The translations under genes and the position numbers were made by a program. This document shows, piece by piece, positions 7,169-16,518 of a stretch of DNA of 59,205 nt. Numbering within the stretch: the stretch's first letter is position 1; each line of letters starts with the position of its first letter. The notes beneath the pieces were generated by a model. That model saw nothing but the letters and a program-made list of their open reading frames with translations. It was not told the DNA's origin and ran no database searches. The DNA is from a virus (lineage: Duplodnaviria > Caudoviricetes). Where the stretch lies: positions 1 to 59,205 of the IMG/VR virus record IMGVR_UViG_3300026026_000125. The stretch is one strand, 5' to 3'.

Positions 7169-7351
7169 ATGAATAAAATTAAACAAATACTTTTAGAACA
7201 AGGAAGATCACAGGTTTGGTTAGCGAAACAATTACGTGTTGAAAAAAACATTGTAAATCGGTATTGCAATAATAAAACGCAACCAAGTTTGAAAAAATTA
7301 AGTATAATAGCAATACTCTTAAATGTAAATATTAAGGACTTGATAGTATGA
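7169..7351 (+). CDS. XRE/Cro-family helix-turn-helix regulator
   Basis: NKIKQILLEQGRSQVWLAKQL...NRYCNNKTQPSLKKL...IAILLNV. Confidence 0.9.
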   Translation: MNKIKQILLEQGRSQVWLAKQLRVEKNIVNRYCNNKTQPSLKKLSIIAILLNVNIKDLIV

Positions 7352-7568
7352 AACATATTTTATTCCATATTTTTTGTTATTTTGTAAGTTATGTATTGAT
7401 GGTTATCGCTGTTAACATAGGTAGGAATCATGATGAATTGCCAACTCCGTTTGAAAATAATTGGTGGGTTATTAATTTATTTATCATTCTTGCGATTTGG
7501 ATAGCAAGTTAATAATAGTTTTTTTATAGGTTTTAGGTTTTTTGGGTTAAGTGTTTAGAGTTAGTGTG

Positions 7569-7602
7569 CCAGTCCTCTTCATAATCAGAGGGCTGGTTTT
7601 TT
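7569..7602 (+). terminator. Intrinsic terminator
   Basis: CCAGTCCTCT/AGAGGGCTGG + T6. Confidence 0.75.
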
Positions 7603-7625
7603 AAACGAAATTAAAAACTAAATAT

Positions 7626-8009
7626 ATGATTATGTTGATTAATTATTCTGATATGCTAATAAATATGTGTTATTTGTCTATTAGCATATTATCAATTATT
7701 TTTATTTTGTATTTGTATTTTATAAACAAAAAAGATAACAAAATAAAATTATACCAACTTGGTATCGCTCCGATTCAAGGTATAGAAATTCCTATAGATT
7801 CTGAAATAATCTCAATAACCTCAGAGAAAAGAAATATTATCGTCAAAATTCTTTTTAATAAAAGAAACAAATTAATTCTCAGAAATTTTCAGATGATTGA
7901 ACCCGGAGATAAAGTTTTATCAAAAGGTTTATTTTTAAAAACTATTATTCTTGAAAATCCATATACTGTTTTAGATATTTACGATTTAGGAGAAACAAAA
8001 ATAAAATAA
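7626..8009 (+). CDS. Hypothetical membrane-anchored protein
   Basis: N-terminal hydrophobic stretch. Confidence 0.65.
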   Translation: MIMLINYSDMLINMCYLSISILSIIFILYLYFINKKDNKIKLYQLGIAPIQGIEIPIDSEIISITSEKRNIIVKILFNKRNKLILRNFQMIEPGDKVLSKGLFLKTIILENPYTVLDIYDLGETKIK

Positions 8010-8023
8010 AATAATATAATATA

Positions 8024-8200
8024 ATGGGAAATTATGCTAGATCAGCTCTTAAAGGATTTATTTGTCCGGTTCGAGGATGTGATAAAAAAAATAATAGAAG
8101 ATTTACACTTATTGGATTGTGTATGCATTTAAAAAGTAATCATACTGGAGAACTTGAAAAAAGATTAAAATTAAAAAATGAATGGAGAAATAAAAAATAA
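8024..8200 (+). CDS. 58-aa C2H2 zinc-finger-like protein (not in ORF track)
   Basis: FICPVRGCDKKNNRRFTLIGLCMHLKSNH. Confidence 0.6.
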   Translation: MGNYARSALKGFICPVRGCDKKNNRRFTLIGLCMHLKSNHTGELEKRLKLKNEWRNKK

Positions 8201-8201
8201 C

Positions 8202-8267
8202 GGCAATCGAGGGTTCCTGGATAATTAAGTTTGTCCTGGAGGTCGGGTTCGATTCCTGGCATTGCCA
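8202..8267 (+). ncRNA. tRNA-like element or pseudo-tRNA
   Basis: GGCAAT/ATTGCC-A acceptor-like stem and TCGGG-TTCGATT-CCTGG T-arm; no canonical D-arm. Confidence 0.5.
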
Positions 8268-8913
8268 CTATAAGACCAAAATAAAATAATATGAATGAAA
8301 TAATATCTTTAATCATTAGGTATTTTTATTTAGGGGTATTCGTTATCATATCGATTGCTATATTTGTTAAGTTATTAAAAAATATTATAAATAGATAATA
8401 ATAGATCGATGGAAGCGAATTGCATCAGGTAATAAGATAGTAAAATGACAGATAAACCAATAGCAATAAGGATAATTTCAATGGGGATAGTCATTGATGA
8501 GAATGGTTATGAAATTCCCTCAGATGAATTAATTAATTATTATATGCAAACAGTATGGCCTTATGAAGAACAATAGCAACTGGGATGTTGAAATAGCATT
8601 AAGTAATAATTTTAAAGTTATTCGAAATAAAGCAAATGGTACTATAGAATTATTACAAGGTGAAAAATTAATTGACAAAAGATTAGGGATACAAAATCTG
8701 AGGTTGTTAATATTTACATATTTTTTGATATTGTAAAAGAATGGGAGAAAATGGCATGAAAAGATCATTAATAAAACATATAATCAAAAAGCACTTACCG
8801 GGTATTTCAAAAAAAGACCTGAATGAATTAACTGAGGATATAATTCAACTCTTTGGAGGCGAAGATTCAGTAAGATGTGTATTTGATGAATTAATAACAA
8901 TAAATAATACATT

Positions 8914-9291
8914 ATGAGGAATATTTCAAATGACCAAGCAATTAAATGGGATGAATTAATTTCATTTTTGAATAAATTTGGTATAAAAACAGAAATAATA
9001 GATATAGATAAATATGGATTTTCACGAACTATAGAATTTAAAGTTTATGAAATTACTTATCGAATTATCTGGTTTATAAATGAAAGTACACTTATGATAG
9101 GCACTGGAGATAGAGCTTCGCAAATCCTTTTTAAATATATTTATTTTGATGGTACATTCCCTTTAATAGAAGGGAACAAAAGTTTAGGATTTTCATATGT
9201 TAAATTTGAACGGGAAAATATATTTGATAGACTTTATCCTTATGAAGTTTTTAGGATACCATTAGATATTTTAACAATACCTGAAAAATAA
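8914..9291 (+). CDS. Hypothetical protein
   Basis: 125-aa ORF. Confidence 0.75.
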   Translation: MRNISNDQAIKWDELISFLNKFGIKTEIIDIDKYGFSRTIEFKVYEITYRIIWFINESTLMIGTGDRASQILFKYIYFDGTFPLIEGNKSLGFSYVKFERENIFDRLYPYEVFRIPLDILTIPEK

Positions 9292-9395
9292 ACCGATATG
9301 ACAAAGGAAGAATTAATAAATAAATTGGATAAACAAGCCGATTGGGAGAGAAAGTTTTATTTAGAAATAGATTAATAACAATTAAAATAAATAAA

Positions 9396-9767
9396 ATGGC
9401 TGAAAAATGTATTATTAAAACCTGTGTAAAAAAAGAAACTGCAAAAGGTGTATTTTACACAATCGAACTTTCCGATGGTAGAAAGGGTTCTAGTTTTGAT
9501 GATTTGACCCAAAAAATGGGAATGGAAATTGAATTGGAGGTTAAGAACTCAAAAGAATTTGAGGGTGTTATGCAATATTATTTTAATCTTCCAAAAGCAC
9601 CAGGTCAACAAGGAGGTAAATTTCCTGAAAAAGATTGGACGTATGAAAAAAGAAAACAATCTCTTATTTGTGCAATTGACGCTATTAAATTAACGGACAC
9701 AAAAGTATCGACCAATAATATCATTTCTTTATCAAATGAATTTTTCACCTATTTAAATCAGAAATAA
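9396..9767 (+). CDS. Possible ssDNA-binding (OB-fold-like) protein
   Basis: Beta-rich N-terminal half, immediately upstream of the exonuclease; start MAEKC. Confidence 0.45.
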   Translation: MAEKCIIKTCVKKETAKGVFYTIELSDGRKGSSFDDLTQKMGMEIELEVKNSKEFEGVMQYYFNLPKAPGQQGGKFPEKDWTYEKRKQSLICAIDAIKLTDTKVSTNNIISLSNEFFTYLNQK

Positions 9768-9768
9768 T

Positions 9769-10557
9769 ATGCCAATATTTTATGACAATAAAGCCAATTT
9801 AGTAGTAAGTAAGGATGATCACTTTTACGAATCACTTAGTGAACCTGGTATTTATTATCCATCTGTTACAACAAAACTTGGTTCATATCCTAAAGGTTAT
9901 GGATTTGAAGAGTATCTTAAGGCGAATGGATTTAATTCTGAAATAATACTTGAAAGAGCTGGTAATTTGGGAAAAGAAGTTCATAATGCTATTGAACAAT
10001 GGCATAAAATAAAATCTATACGTCAAATAAGTGAAGATTTGACACATGAATTTTATTCATGGGATGCTTGGAAAATGTTTAATAAATATATGAATTTTTA
10101 TACAAGATTTAAACCCGAAAATCTTGTAAGCGAATTTAAAATTGTTAGTCCAAAATGGAAAACTGGTGGGACAATGGATGAAATAGATATGATTAATAAT
10201 CAAAGATGGTTAATTGATCATAAAACAGGTAATAATATTTATACTACTCATTGGATTCAAATAAGCGTTTATGCTAAAATTTGGACAGAATTAAATCCTC
10301 AATATCCAATAGACAAGATTGGCATTTTACATTTAAATGCAGATACAAAAACAGATGGAAAGGATGGCAAAATTCAGGGTATAGGATGGCAATTGAAAGA
10401 ACCTCCTAAAGATATTGATCACTACATAAAACTTTGGGACTATACATCTGCTTTATGGGATGAGGAAAATCCAAATGCAAAGCCACGAATGCTAGAATTT
10501 CCTATTGAATTTAAAGAAGAAAAACCAGTCATTCCAACAGGGTCAACTTTATTTTAA
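9769..10557 (+). CDS. PD-(D/E)XK exonuclease (phage recombination nuclease)
   Basis: YPSVTT, GKEVHNAIE, GGTMD, LIDHKTG and QISVY motifs. Confidence 0.85.
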   Translation: MPIFYDNKANLVVSKDDHFYESLSEPGIYYPSVTTKLGSYPKGYGFEEYLKANGFNSEIILERAGNLGKEVHNAIEQWHKIKSIRQISEDLTHEFYSWDAWKMFNKYMNFYTRFKPENLVSEFKIVSPKWKTGGTMDEIDMINNQRWLIDHKTGNNIYTTHWIQISVYAKIWTELNPQYPIDKIGILHLNADTKTDGKDGKIQGIGWQLKEPPKDIDHYIKLWDYTSALWDEENPNAKPRMLEFPIEFKEEKPVIPTGSTLF

Positions 10558-10728
10558 ACTTATGGCCACCTTATCAGAAGCAAGAAAAATAATAGCAGAA
10601 TATCCAATTAAGCAGGATTTTATTGCAAATAATATTAATTATATTGGACATTGGGATAATTATGTGGAATTACGAGATTATTGGGAACAGTGTAATGAAA
10701 TAGTTAAGTTAAATAAAGACGTTAAAAT

Positions 10729-11181
10729 ATGAAAAATTATTCAAAAATGTTTATGGATATTGCTGAATTAACAGCAATTCAAGCAAATTGCGTAAAATAT
10801 AAAGTTGGTTCTGTTATTGTTAGAGATAATAGAATTATACTTCAAGGATATAATGGAACAATCCCAGGGTTCATAAATTGTAGTGAAAAATTTCATGATT
10901 ATGATGAGATTAAAATGTTTAACGATCATCATATTTGGTCATCAGCTTTTGAAGTTCATTCTGAAATGAATATAATTTGTTATGCTGCAAAAAAAGGAAT
11001 TTCACTCGAAAATACTATAATGTATTGTACTCATACACCGTGCAACAACTGTCTAAAACATTTAATTCAAGTTGGAATATCAAAAATTGTTTACAAAAAT
11101 TTATATATTGATAATATAAATTTTAAAGAAAGAGAAGAATTACTACAGTATATAATTTTAGAAAAATATAATGAAATTTAA
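10729..11181 (+). CDS. dCMP deaminase
   Basis: VGSVIV, GYNG, HSEMN and PCNNC motifs. Confidence 0.92.
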   Translation: MKNYSKMFMDIAELTAIQANCVKYKVGSVIVRDNRIILQGYNGTIPGFINCSEKFHDYDEIKMFNDHHIWSSAFEVHSEMNIICYAAKKGISLENTIMYCTHTPCNNCLKHLIQVGISKIVYKNLYIDNINFKEREELLQYIILEKYNEI

Positions 11182-11377
11182 AATATGAAAAATATTAAAA
11201 TTAAATGTGATTTCATGCCACATTGTGGAAATTACAAAACCCTAAAATGTAAGACCTGTAAGTTTAATATGAGGTTTGAGTTGAAGGATAATTTTAAAAA
11301 TAAGTGAGAAACCTAATGAGACATTAATGGTCACAGCTATGTTTAGTACCGAATTATAAACTTAAAATAACAGAGCA

Positions 11378-11563
11378 ATGGCAATAACTGAAAAGTATTT
11401 AGAAAAACAAACAGCTACTTTTGCTGAATTAAAAAAACATATATTAAATCAAAAAGCTAAAAGTGAATACAAACAAGCTGCTATAATTATGATGAGATTA
11501 GCCTTTACTGAATTGATGCTGTATGATATTAACCAGCAACGCAAATTATTAATTGACTTTTAA
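11378..11563 (+). CDS. Hypothetical protein
   Basis: 61-aa ORF in operon orientation. Confidence 0.6.
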   Translation: MAITEKYLEKQTATFAELKKHILNQKAKSEYKQAAIIMMRLAFTELMLYDINQQRKLLIDF

Positions 11564-11599
11564 ATATTACATTCAAAAACTTAAAATGTATAATCTCTT

Positions 11600-12082
11600 A
11601 TGAAATACGATTTATCTAAGCAATTTAAAATAGAATCAGCTAAGGAATATCTTGAGCAATTAATCAATAGTAAATCATTTATTGAGTTAAAGAAATTAAA
11701 ATTAAAAAGATCATTAGATGCAAACGGATTATATTGGCTTTGGCTTACGTGTATTGAAAAGGAAACCGGACTTGACAAAAATGAATGTCATTTTCTTTAT
11801 CGATCTTTATATCTTGCAAAACATGATGAATATATTACCAAAATAATTCGTCCTGATCTTTGGATAAAATTAAAAGTATTAATTCAACAATTTAGTTATT
11901 TCAAAGGACTCAATGAAATTATCGACATAATATCTGAAAGTACTACCGAGCAAGATACGGATAATTTCTCTAAATATCTAAAAAATATTCAAATTCATGC
12001 ACGGGCCAATATGGGTGTAATTTTATTGAATTTAGAAGATAAAAACTTTGCTGAGTTCTATAAAGAATACGGATTCTATTAA
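11600..12082 (+). CDS. NinB-like recombination protein
   Basis: KRSLDANGLYWLWL...H and STT...FSKYL motifs. Confidence 0.7.
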   Translation: MKYDLSKQFKIESAKEYLEQLINSKSFIELKKLKLKRSLDANGLYWLWLTCIEKETGLDKNECHFLYRSLYLAKHDEYITKIIRPDLWIKLKVLIQQFSYFKGLNEIIDIISESTTEQDTDNFSKYLKNIQIHARANMGVILLNLEDKNFAEFYKEYGFY

Positions 12083-12317
12083 TTTTTGACTAAAATATTT
12101 GTTTATTAAGTATATTGATAGAAACTAAAAGGGTATGTATAAATTGTACACTCCCTTATATAAATGAATGAAATTAGTTGATTCATATATAATTAAAGAT
12201 GGCAATTAAATATAAATACATTTGTCCAATTTGCAATAAATCACATTCGAATTATTTTGATGCTAAATTATGCTTTGATTTGTGCGCCAAGGAATCTATT
12301 AAAAAAGAGATAAAAAA

Positions 12318-12689
12318 ATGTTTAAGGTACCAGAAAAATATAGGTTAATAACCGGTGAATTGGCTTCAGATAAATCATTTGGAAATAATGGCGTTTTTAT
12401 AATTCCTATGATGCATAATTTATATGCATATTGTATAGCTTCTGATGGTGAAGGATGGGAACATGTTTCTATTCATTTATCTACAAGAACTCATGATTTA
12501 AAACGCTCTCCTATATGGGAAGAAATGTGTCGTATAAAAGAATTATTTTGGAGCGATGATGATTATGCAATTCAATTTCATCCTAAAAAATCAGAATATA
12601 TAAATAATCATAAATATTGTTTGCATTTATGGAGACCTGTAAATATGGAAATTCCAAAACCTCATTATTCATTAATTGGGATAAAATGA
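12318..12689 (+). CDS. Conserved phage protein of unknown function
   Basis: GWEHVS...PIWEEMCRIKELFW...QFHP...YCLHLWRP pattern. Confidence 0.75.
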   Translation: MFKVPEKYRLITGELASDKSFGNNGVFIIPMMHNLYAYCIASDGEGWEHVSIHLSTRTHDLKRSPIWEEMCRIKELFWSDDDYAIQFHPKKSEYINNHKYCLHLWRPVNMEIPKPHYSLIGIK

Positions 12690-13135
12690 TAATAAATGAT
12701 CAAATAACAGCAAAACAAATTCAGCATTATTCCAAATATTCAACACCAGAACTTATATATAAAGCTGAGAGACATTTCAATAAATTTATTCGATTAAGAG
12801 ATAGGAATGGCGATTATTTTTATTGCCCTACATGCAAAAGTACAAAAAAAATATTAGGTGATAATTATCAAGCTTGTCATTTCTTCCCAGCTGGTCAATT
12901 TTCTTGGCATAAATTTAATGAAGATAATGTTTTTGGTGGTTGTAAGTCATGTAATTATTATAAACATGGAGCCGGATATAGTTTTGGATATTATGTAAAA
13001 GAAAAGATAGGAGAAGAAAGATACCTCAAATTAGAGTATTTGAACGGGTATTATCGTCAAAGAGGGTTTAAGTGGGATAGGATAGCATTAATTGAGATAA
13101 TTGAAAAATATAAGGCTAAAAATAAGAAATTTTAA
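12686..13135 (+). CDS. NinG/Rap-like Zn-binding nuclease
   Basis: FNKFIRLRD, CPTC, QACHF, FNEDNV and CKSCN motifs. Confidence 0.82.
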   Translation: MIINDQITAKQIQHYSKYSTPELIYKAERHFNKFIRLRDRNGDYFYCPTCKSTKKILGDNYQACHFFPAGQFSWHKFNEDNVFGGCKSCNYYKHGAGYSFGYYVKEKIGEERYLKLEYLNGYYRQRGFKWDRIALIEIIEKYKAKNKKF

Positions 13136-13270
13136 TGAAACAAACAGACAAGGATAATTTGATAAAATCCATAAAAGAACAATGGGTTGAGGATTTTGGC
13201 GATTTAACTTCAGAACGAGAAATTGATGGATATACTTTAATTGGGTTTATTTTAAATATTTTAAACAAAG

Positions 13271-13495
13271 ATGAAATCAACAAAAACACTTGACCTTTAC
13301 ATTAAAGGCACCGAAAGTTTAACAGAGGCCAATATTTTAAAGGCAATGAAAGAACATACAATGCAATGTCTTGAATGGCTAACTAATAAGGATGCAAAAT
13401 ATGCGATACTTTATGGTGGAGAGCCGGTACGATTTGCAACAATAAAAAAAGATTTAACAATTGAGGAATTGTATGACGAATTTAATAATGAATAA
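13271..13495 (+). CDS. Hypothetical protein
   Basis: 74-aa ORF. Confidence 0.65.
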   Translation: MKSTKTLDLYIKGTESLTEANILKAMKEHTMQCLEWLTNKDAKYAILYGGEPVRFATIKKDLTIEELYDEFNNE

Positions 13496-13497
13496 TT

Positions 13498-13833
13498 ATG
13501 GGACATATTTGCACAGATGAAAGTTTTTTAGTTGACGCTCATATTATAGAAAATAGTGAATGTCTAATTTGTGGACATATTTCTAATTTGCGTTTAGGAT
13601 GGCTTGGCGAAAAATGTGATATATGTGGTGCTTGCATAGACCCCTTTGAAATATGGGTAGGTGACATTGTAAGAGAACGTAGAAAAATATTAAAATTAAC
13701 TCGTTCACAAATGGCTAACGAAACAGGATATTCAAGCAAATCAATTAAATATTATGAACTTTCAAAATGTAGCCCTTTTTATTTTAATCTGACAAAGAAA
13801 TTAATTTTTGATAAATTTAATAATAAATTATGA
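13498..13833 (+). CDS. Zn-ribbon plus XRE HTH protein
   Basis: CLIC...CDIC followed by RERRKILKLTRSQMANETGYSSKSIKYYE. Confidence 0.75.
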   Translation: MGHICTDESFLVDAHIIENSECLICGHISNLRLGWLGEKCDICGACIDPFEIWVGDIVRERRKILKLTRSQMANETGYSSKSIKYYELSKCSPFYFNLTKKLIFDKFNNKL

Positions 13834-14084
13834 GAAAATATGGTAATATGATCACAATATCAGTGGAGGTTGATATTTCTATGTCTGAATTTGATACTGA
13901 TGATTTAATTAGAGAACTTGAGAGACGCGGAAAGATGAAAACGAAATTAGACCCTGAAAATTATCCAGAATTATTGAATTCTCCCAGAAAGGTTCAAAAT
14001 TTATTAAGAAACTTATTTAAATTACATCCGTGGTCTGATAAAATTGAAGTTTTAAAAGAAGTAGAAGAAATATTTAAATATTGA
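13830..14084 (+). CDS. Hypothetical protein
   Basis: 84-aa ORF, coupled to the previous gene. Confidence 0.7.
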   Translation: MRKYGNMITISVEVDISMSEFDTDDLIRELERRGKMKTKLDPENYPELLNSPRKVQNLLRNLFKLHPWSDKIEVLKEVEEIFKY

Positions 14085-14344
14085 ACAATAAAAATAAAAA
14101 TGTTTTGTTCCCTTCAACACGAGGCCCATAACCTTGATGAAGTAAAATAGACAGAGAGAAACTGTTTCCGATAATTGACTGATAAATCCGTGTTAGAGGT
14201 CAGCCGTAAGGTGCGGAAAGGTATGTGGAAAAACATTTTTGGTTACAAATGATTGGTTACTTTTTATTACGCAACGGCAAGCGGTTAAACCTAGATGACT
14301 ACCGGAATAACTACCCGGAATTTTACAACTTAAAATATTAAGTT

Positions 14345-14542
14345 ATGAAAATATTACGACAATTATTTTACAACTTAGTTTGTCTTTTTTTAAAGGCAAT
14401 AAGTTTTCCGATAGCGACAAATTTATTTAAACTTCATAAAAATAAAAATATATCTAATTGGATTATCTGTCCTAAATGCAATGATGTTACATATAATATT
14501 ATAAATCGGTTTTGTTGGTTTTGTGGGTTTAAAAATAATTAA
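14345..14542 (+). CDS. Small Zn-ribbon protein
   Basis: WIICPKC...CWFCG. Confidence 0.6.
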   Translation: MKILRQLFYNLVCLFLKAISFPIATNLFKLHKNKNISNWIICPKCNDVTYNIINRFCWFCGFKNN

Positions 14543-14548
14543 AGATAA

Positions 14549-14845
14549 ATGAAAACACTTATAAAGAAATCAACCGGGGATTGGATACATTTTGTAGATG
14601 ATAAAGTTGTTATAAGTGATTTTCCTTACGGATTACCAGATGAATTTATTGGAACATCAATTTTAAATAATTATCCCGACGTTGAATTAATCACAATCTA
14701 CGTAATTAAAGAAAGTGAAATACCATCAGATAGTTATCTAAATTCTATTGCTATTGAATATACCAGAATGGCAAAATCTAAAAAAGAAATCTTAGGATTT
14801 AAAATTGGTACAAATTTTATACTTAAATTGTTTTTTAATAAATAA
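14549..14845 (+). CDS. Hypothetical protein
   Basis: 98-aa ORF. Confidence 0.65.
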   Translation: MKTLIKKSTGDWIHFVDDKVVISDFPYGLPDEFIGTSILNNYPDVELITIYVIKESEIPSDSYLNSIAIEYTRMAKSKKEILGFKIGTNFILKLFFNK

Positions 14846-14893
14846 ACAAATATGACTGAAAATTTAGACTTAGTATTAACCAATATTGAAGTA

Positions 14894-15304
14894 ATGAAAC
14901 AAATTATAATAGCGATTTTGCTTTGTATTACTTGCACAGTAATTTGCCAGGATAAAAAGGAAATTCGAAAAAATTTACTTATTAAGGCAATTGCCTTGAG
15001 AGAATCAAGTTATAATTCTGATACAATTGTTCAATCCGAAAATGCAGTGGGTTATTTAGGTATCAGACCAATAATGGTTAGAGAAGTAAATAGAATTCTT
15101 AGAAAACCGAAATATTCGCTTGATGATCGGTTGGATAGATACAAGAGTATTGAAATGTTTGTAATTTACCAAAATTATTACAATCCTAAATGGTATTATT
15201 GCCGCGCTTGTCGTATATGGAACGGTGGTCCAAGAGGCATGGCTAAGCAGCAAACATGGAACTATTGGAAAACTATTCTCAGTGATGGAATTATACAAAT
15301 TTAA
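14894..15304 (+). CDS. Lysozyme/lytic transglycosylase-like protein with signal peptide
   Basis: AIALRES catalytic Glu, AVGYLGI and WNGGPRG motifs; MKQIIIAILLCITCTVIC-Q leader. Confidence 0.75.
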   Translation: MKQIIIAILLCITCTVICQDKKEIRKNLLIKAIALRESSYNSDTIVQSENAVGYLGIRPIMVREVNRILRKPKYSLDDRLDRYKSIEMFVIYQNYYNPKWYYCRACRIWNGGPRGMAKQQTWNYWKTILSDGIIQI

Positions 15305-15501
15305 ATTATGAAATTTAATATTATTATAAATCTTATAATGTCAATATTATTATTGAGTTTATGGCTTTTACATCATAATATATTTACATTGATTTGTGGA
15401 ATATTCGCATTAGTATTTACGATTATACATATAGCAATAACGGTGAAATTTAATTAAAGAAAATAATTTCTTAAAATATGCCAACAATTAAAAATTATTG
15501 C

Positions 15502-15628
15502 TAAATTTGAGATCTTAACATCCGGCTAATATGAAAAAAGAAAATAACATTAATAACATACCCATCTAGGGATAAATTGCCAGGACACTTCTTAGCCGGA
15601 TGCCTGGCTTTTTGTTTTCTGGATGGGT
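15502..15628 (+). promoter_or_regulatory. Promoter plus attenuator-like leader of the replication genes
   Basis: TAAATTTG 15502-15509; CATCCGGCTAA/TTAGCCGGATG competing with GCCAGG/CCTGGC-TTTTT. Confidence 0.55.
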
Positions 15629-15774
15629 TTAATAATTTAAAATAATGGATAAATTAAATGTAGATGCATTGGGTTATTTGAAAAGTTAGACTCCAATACT
15701 TTCACTCCAGGAGATTTGATTATTCTTAAAAAATTAGGGTGTAACATGGATTAAATTATAAAAAATATATAACT

Positions 15775-16518
15775 ATGGCTCTTAGAGATCAACCATATTT
15801 GCCACTTTATGTACAAGATTTTTTGACAGATGAGAAACTTATTGAATGTACTGCAAAAAGTACTGGTGTATACATTAAGATAATGTGTGTTATGCACAAA
15901 TCTGGAACATATGGTAAAATTTTACTAAAGCAAAAAGACGAGATAGGTGCAAATGATATTGAAAATTTTGCATTTAAATTAACAAAACATTTAGGATTTT
16001 CAAAACCAGTTATTGAAGAAAGTTTAAGGGAATTAATTGATGAGGGAGTTTTATATATAAAAGACAAAACATTGTGTCAAAAGCGCATGATTTCTGATAA
16101 TGAGTTATCAATTAAGCGTGCAGAAATAGGAAAAGAGGGAGGCAAAAAAACACAATTAGCTTTAAAAATTGCTAAAGCAAAAAAAGAAGCAAACACTGAA
16201 TATGAAAATGAATATGAAAATGAATTTAATATATTTAAAAAATTGTATCCAGGTAAAAAAAGAGGAAATAAAACAGAATTTGAAAATTTAAAGAAAAAAC
16301 ATGCAGATTGGAAACAAATTATAAAATTTCTTGTACCTGCTATTCAAAATCAAATAAAAATTAGGAATCAAATTATTGAAAAAAACAAATGGGTTTCAGA
16401 GTGGAAAAATTGTCAAACTTGGATTAATCAAAGATGCTGGGAAGAAGAACTAGAGACAATCGAAGTTATAAATAATAAAATAATAACGCCTGTTGACGAT
16501 AAGGGGAATCCACGATGA
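15775..16518 (+). CDS. Phage replication initiator (DUF1376/YdaU-like N-terminus)
   Basis: PYLPLYVQDFL...GVYIKIM, C-terminal TWINQRCWEEE; overlaps the dnaB start. Confidence 0.8.
   Translation: MALRDQPYLPLYVQDFLTDEKLIECTAKSTGVYIKIMCVMHKSGTYGKILLKQKDEIGANDIENFAFKLTKHLGFSKPVIEESLRELIDEGVLYIKDKTLCQKRMISDNELSIKRAEIGKEGGKKTQLALKIAKAKKEANTEYENEYENEFNIFKKLYPGKKRGNKTEFENLKKKHADWKQIIKFLVPAIQNQIKIRNQIIEKNKWVSEWKNCQTWINQRCWEEELETIEVINNKIITPVDDKGNPR
16197..16225 (+). repeat. 12-bp tandem repeat in the initiator linker (candidate origin iterons)
   Basis: TGAATATGAAAA x2 + TGAAT. Confidence 0.4.

Noticed and set aside
14135-14170. Hammerhead ribozyme (TTGATGA...GAAAC)
   Set aside because: The core is not CUGAUGA and I could not build the three stems.
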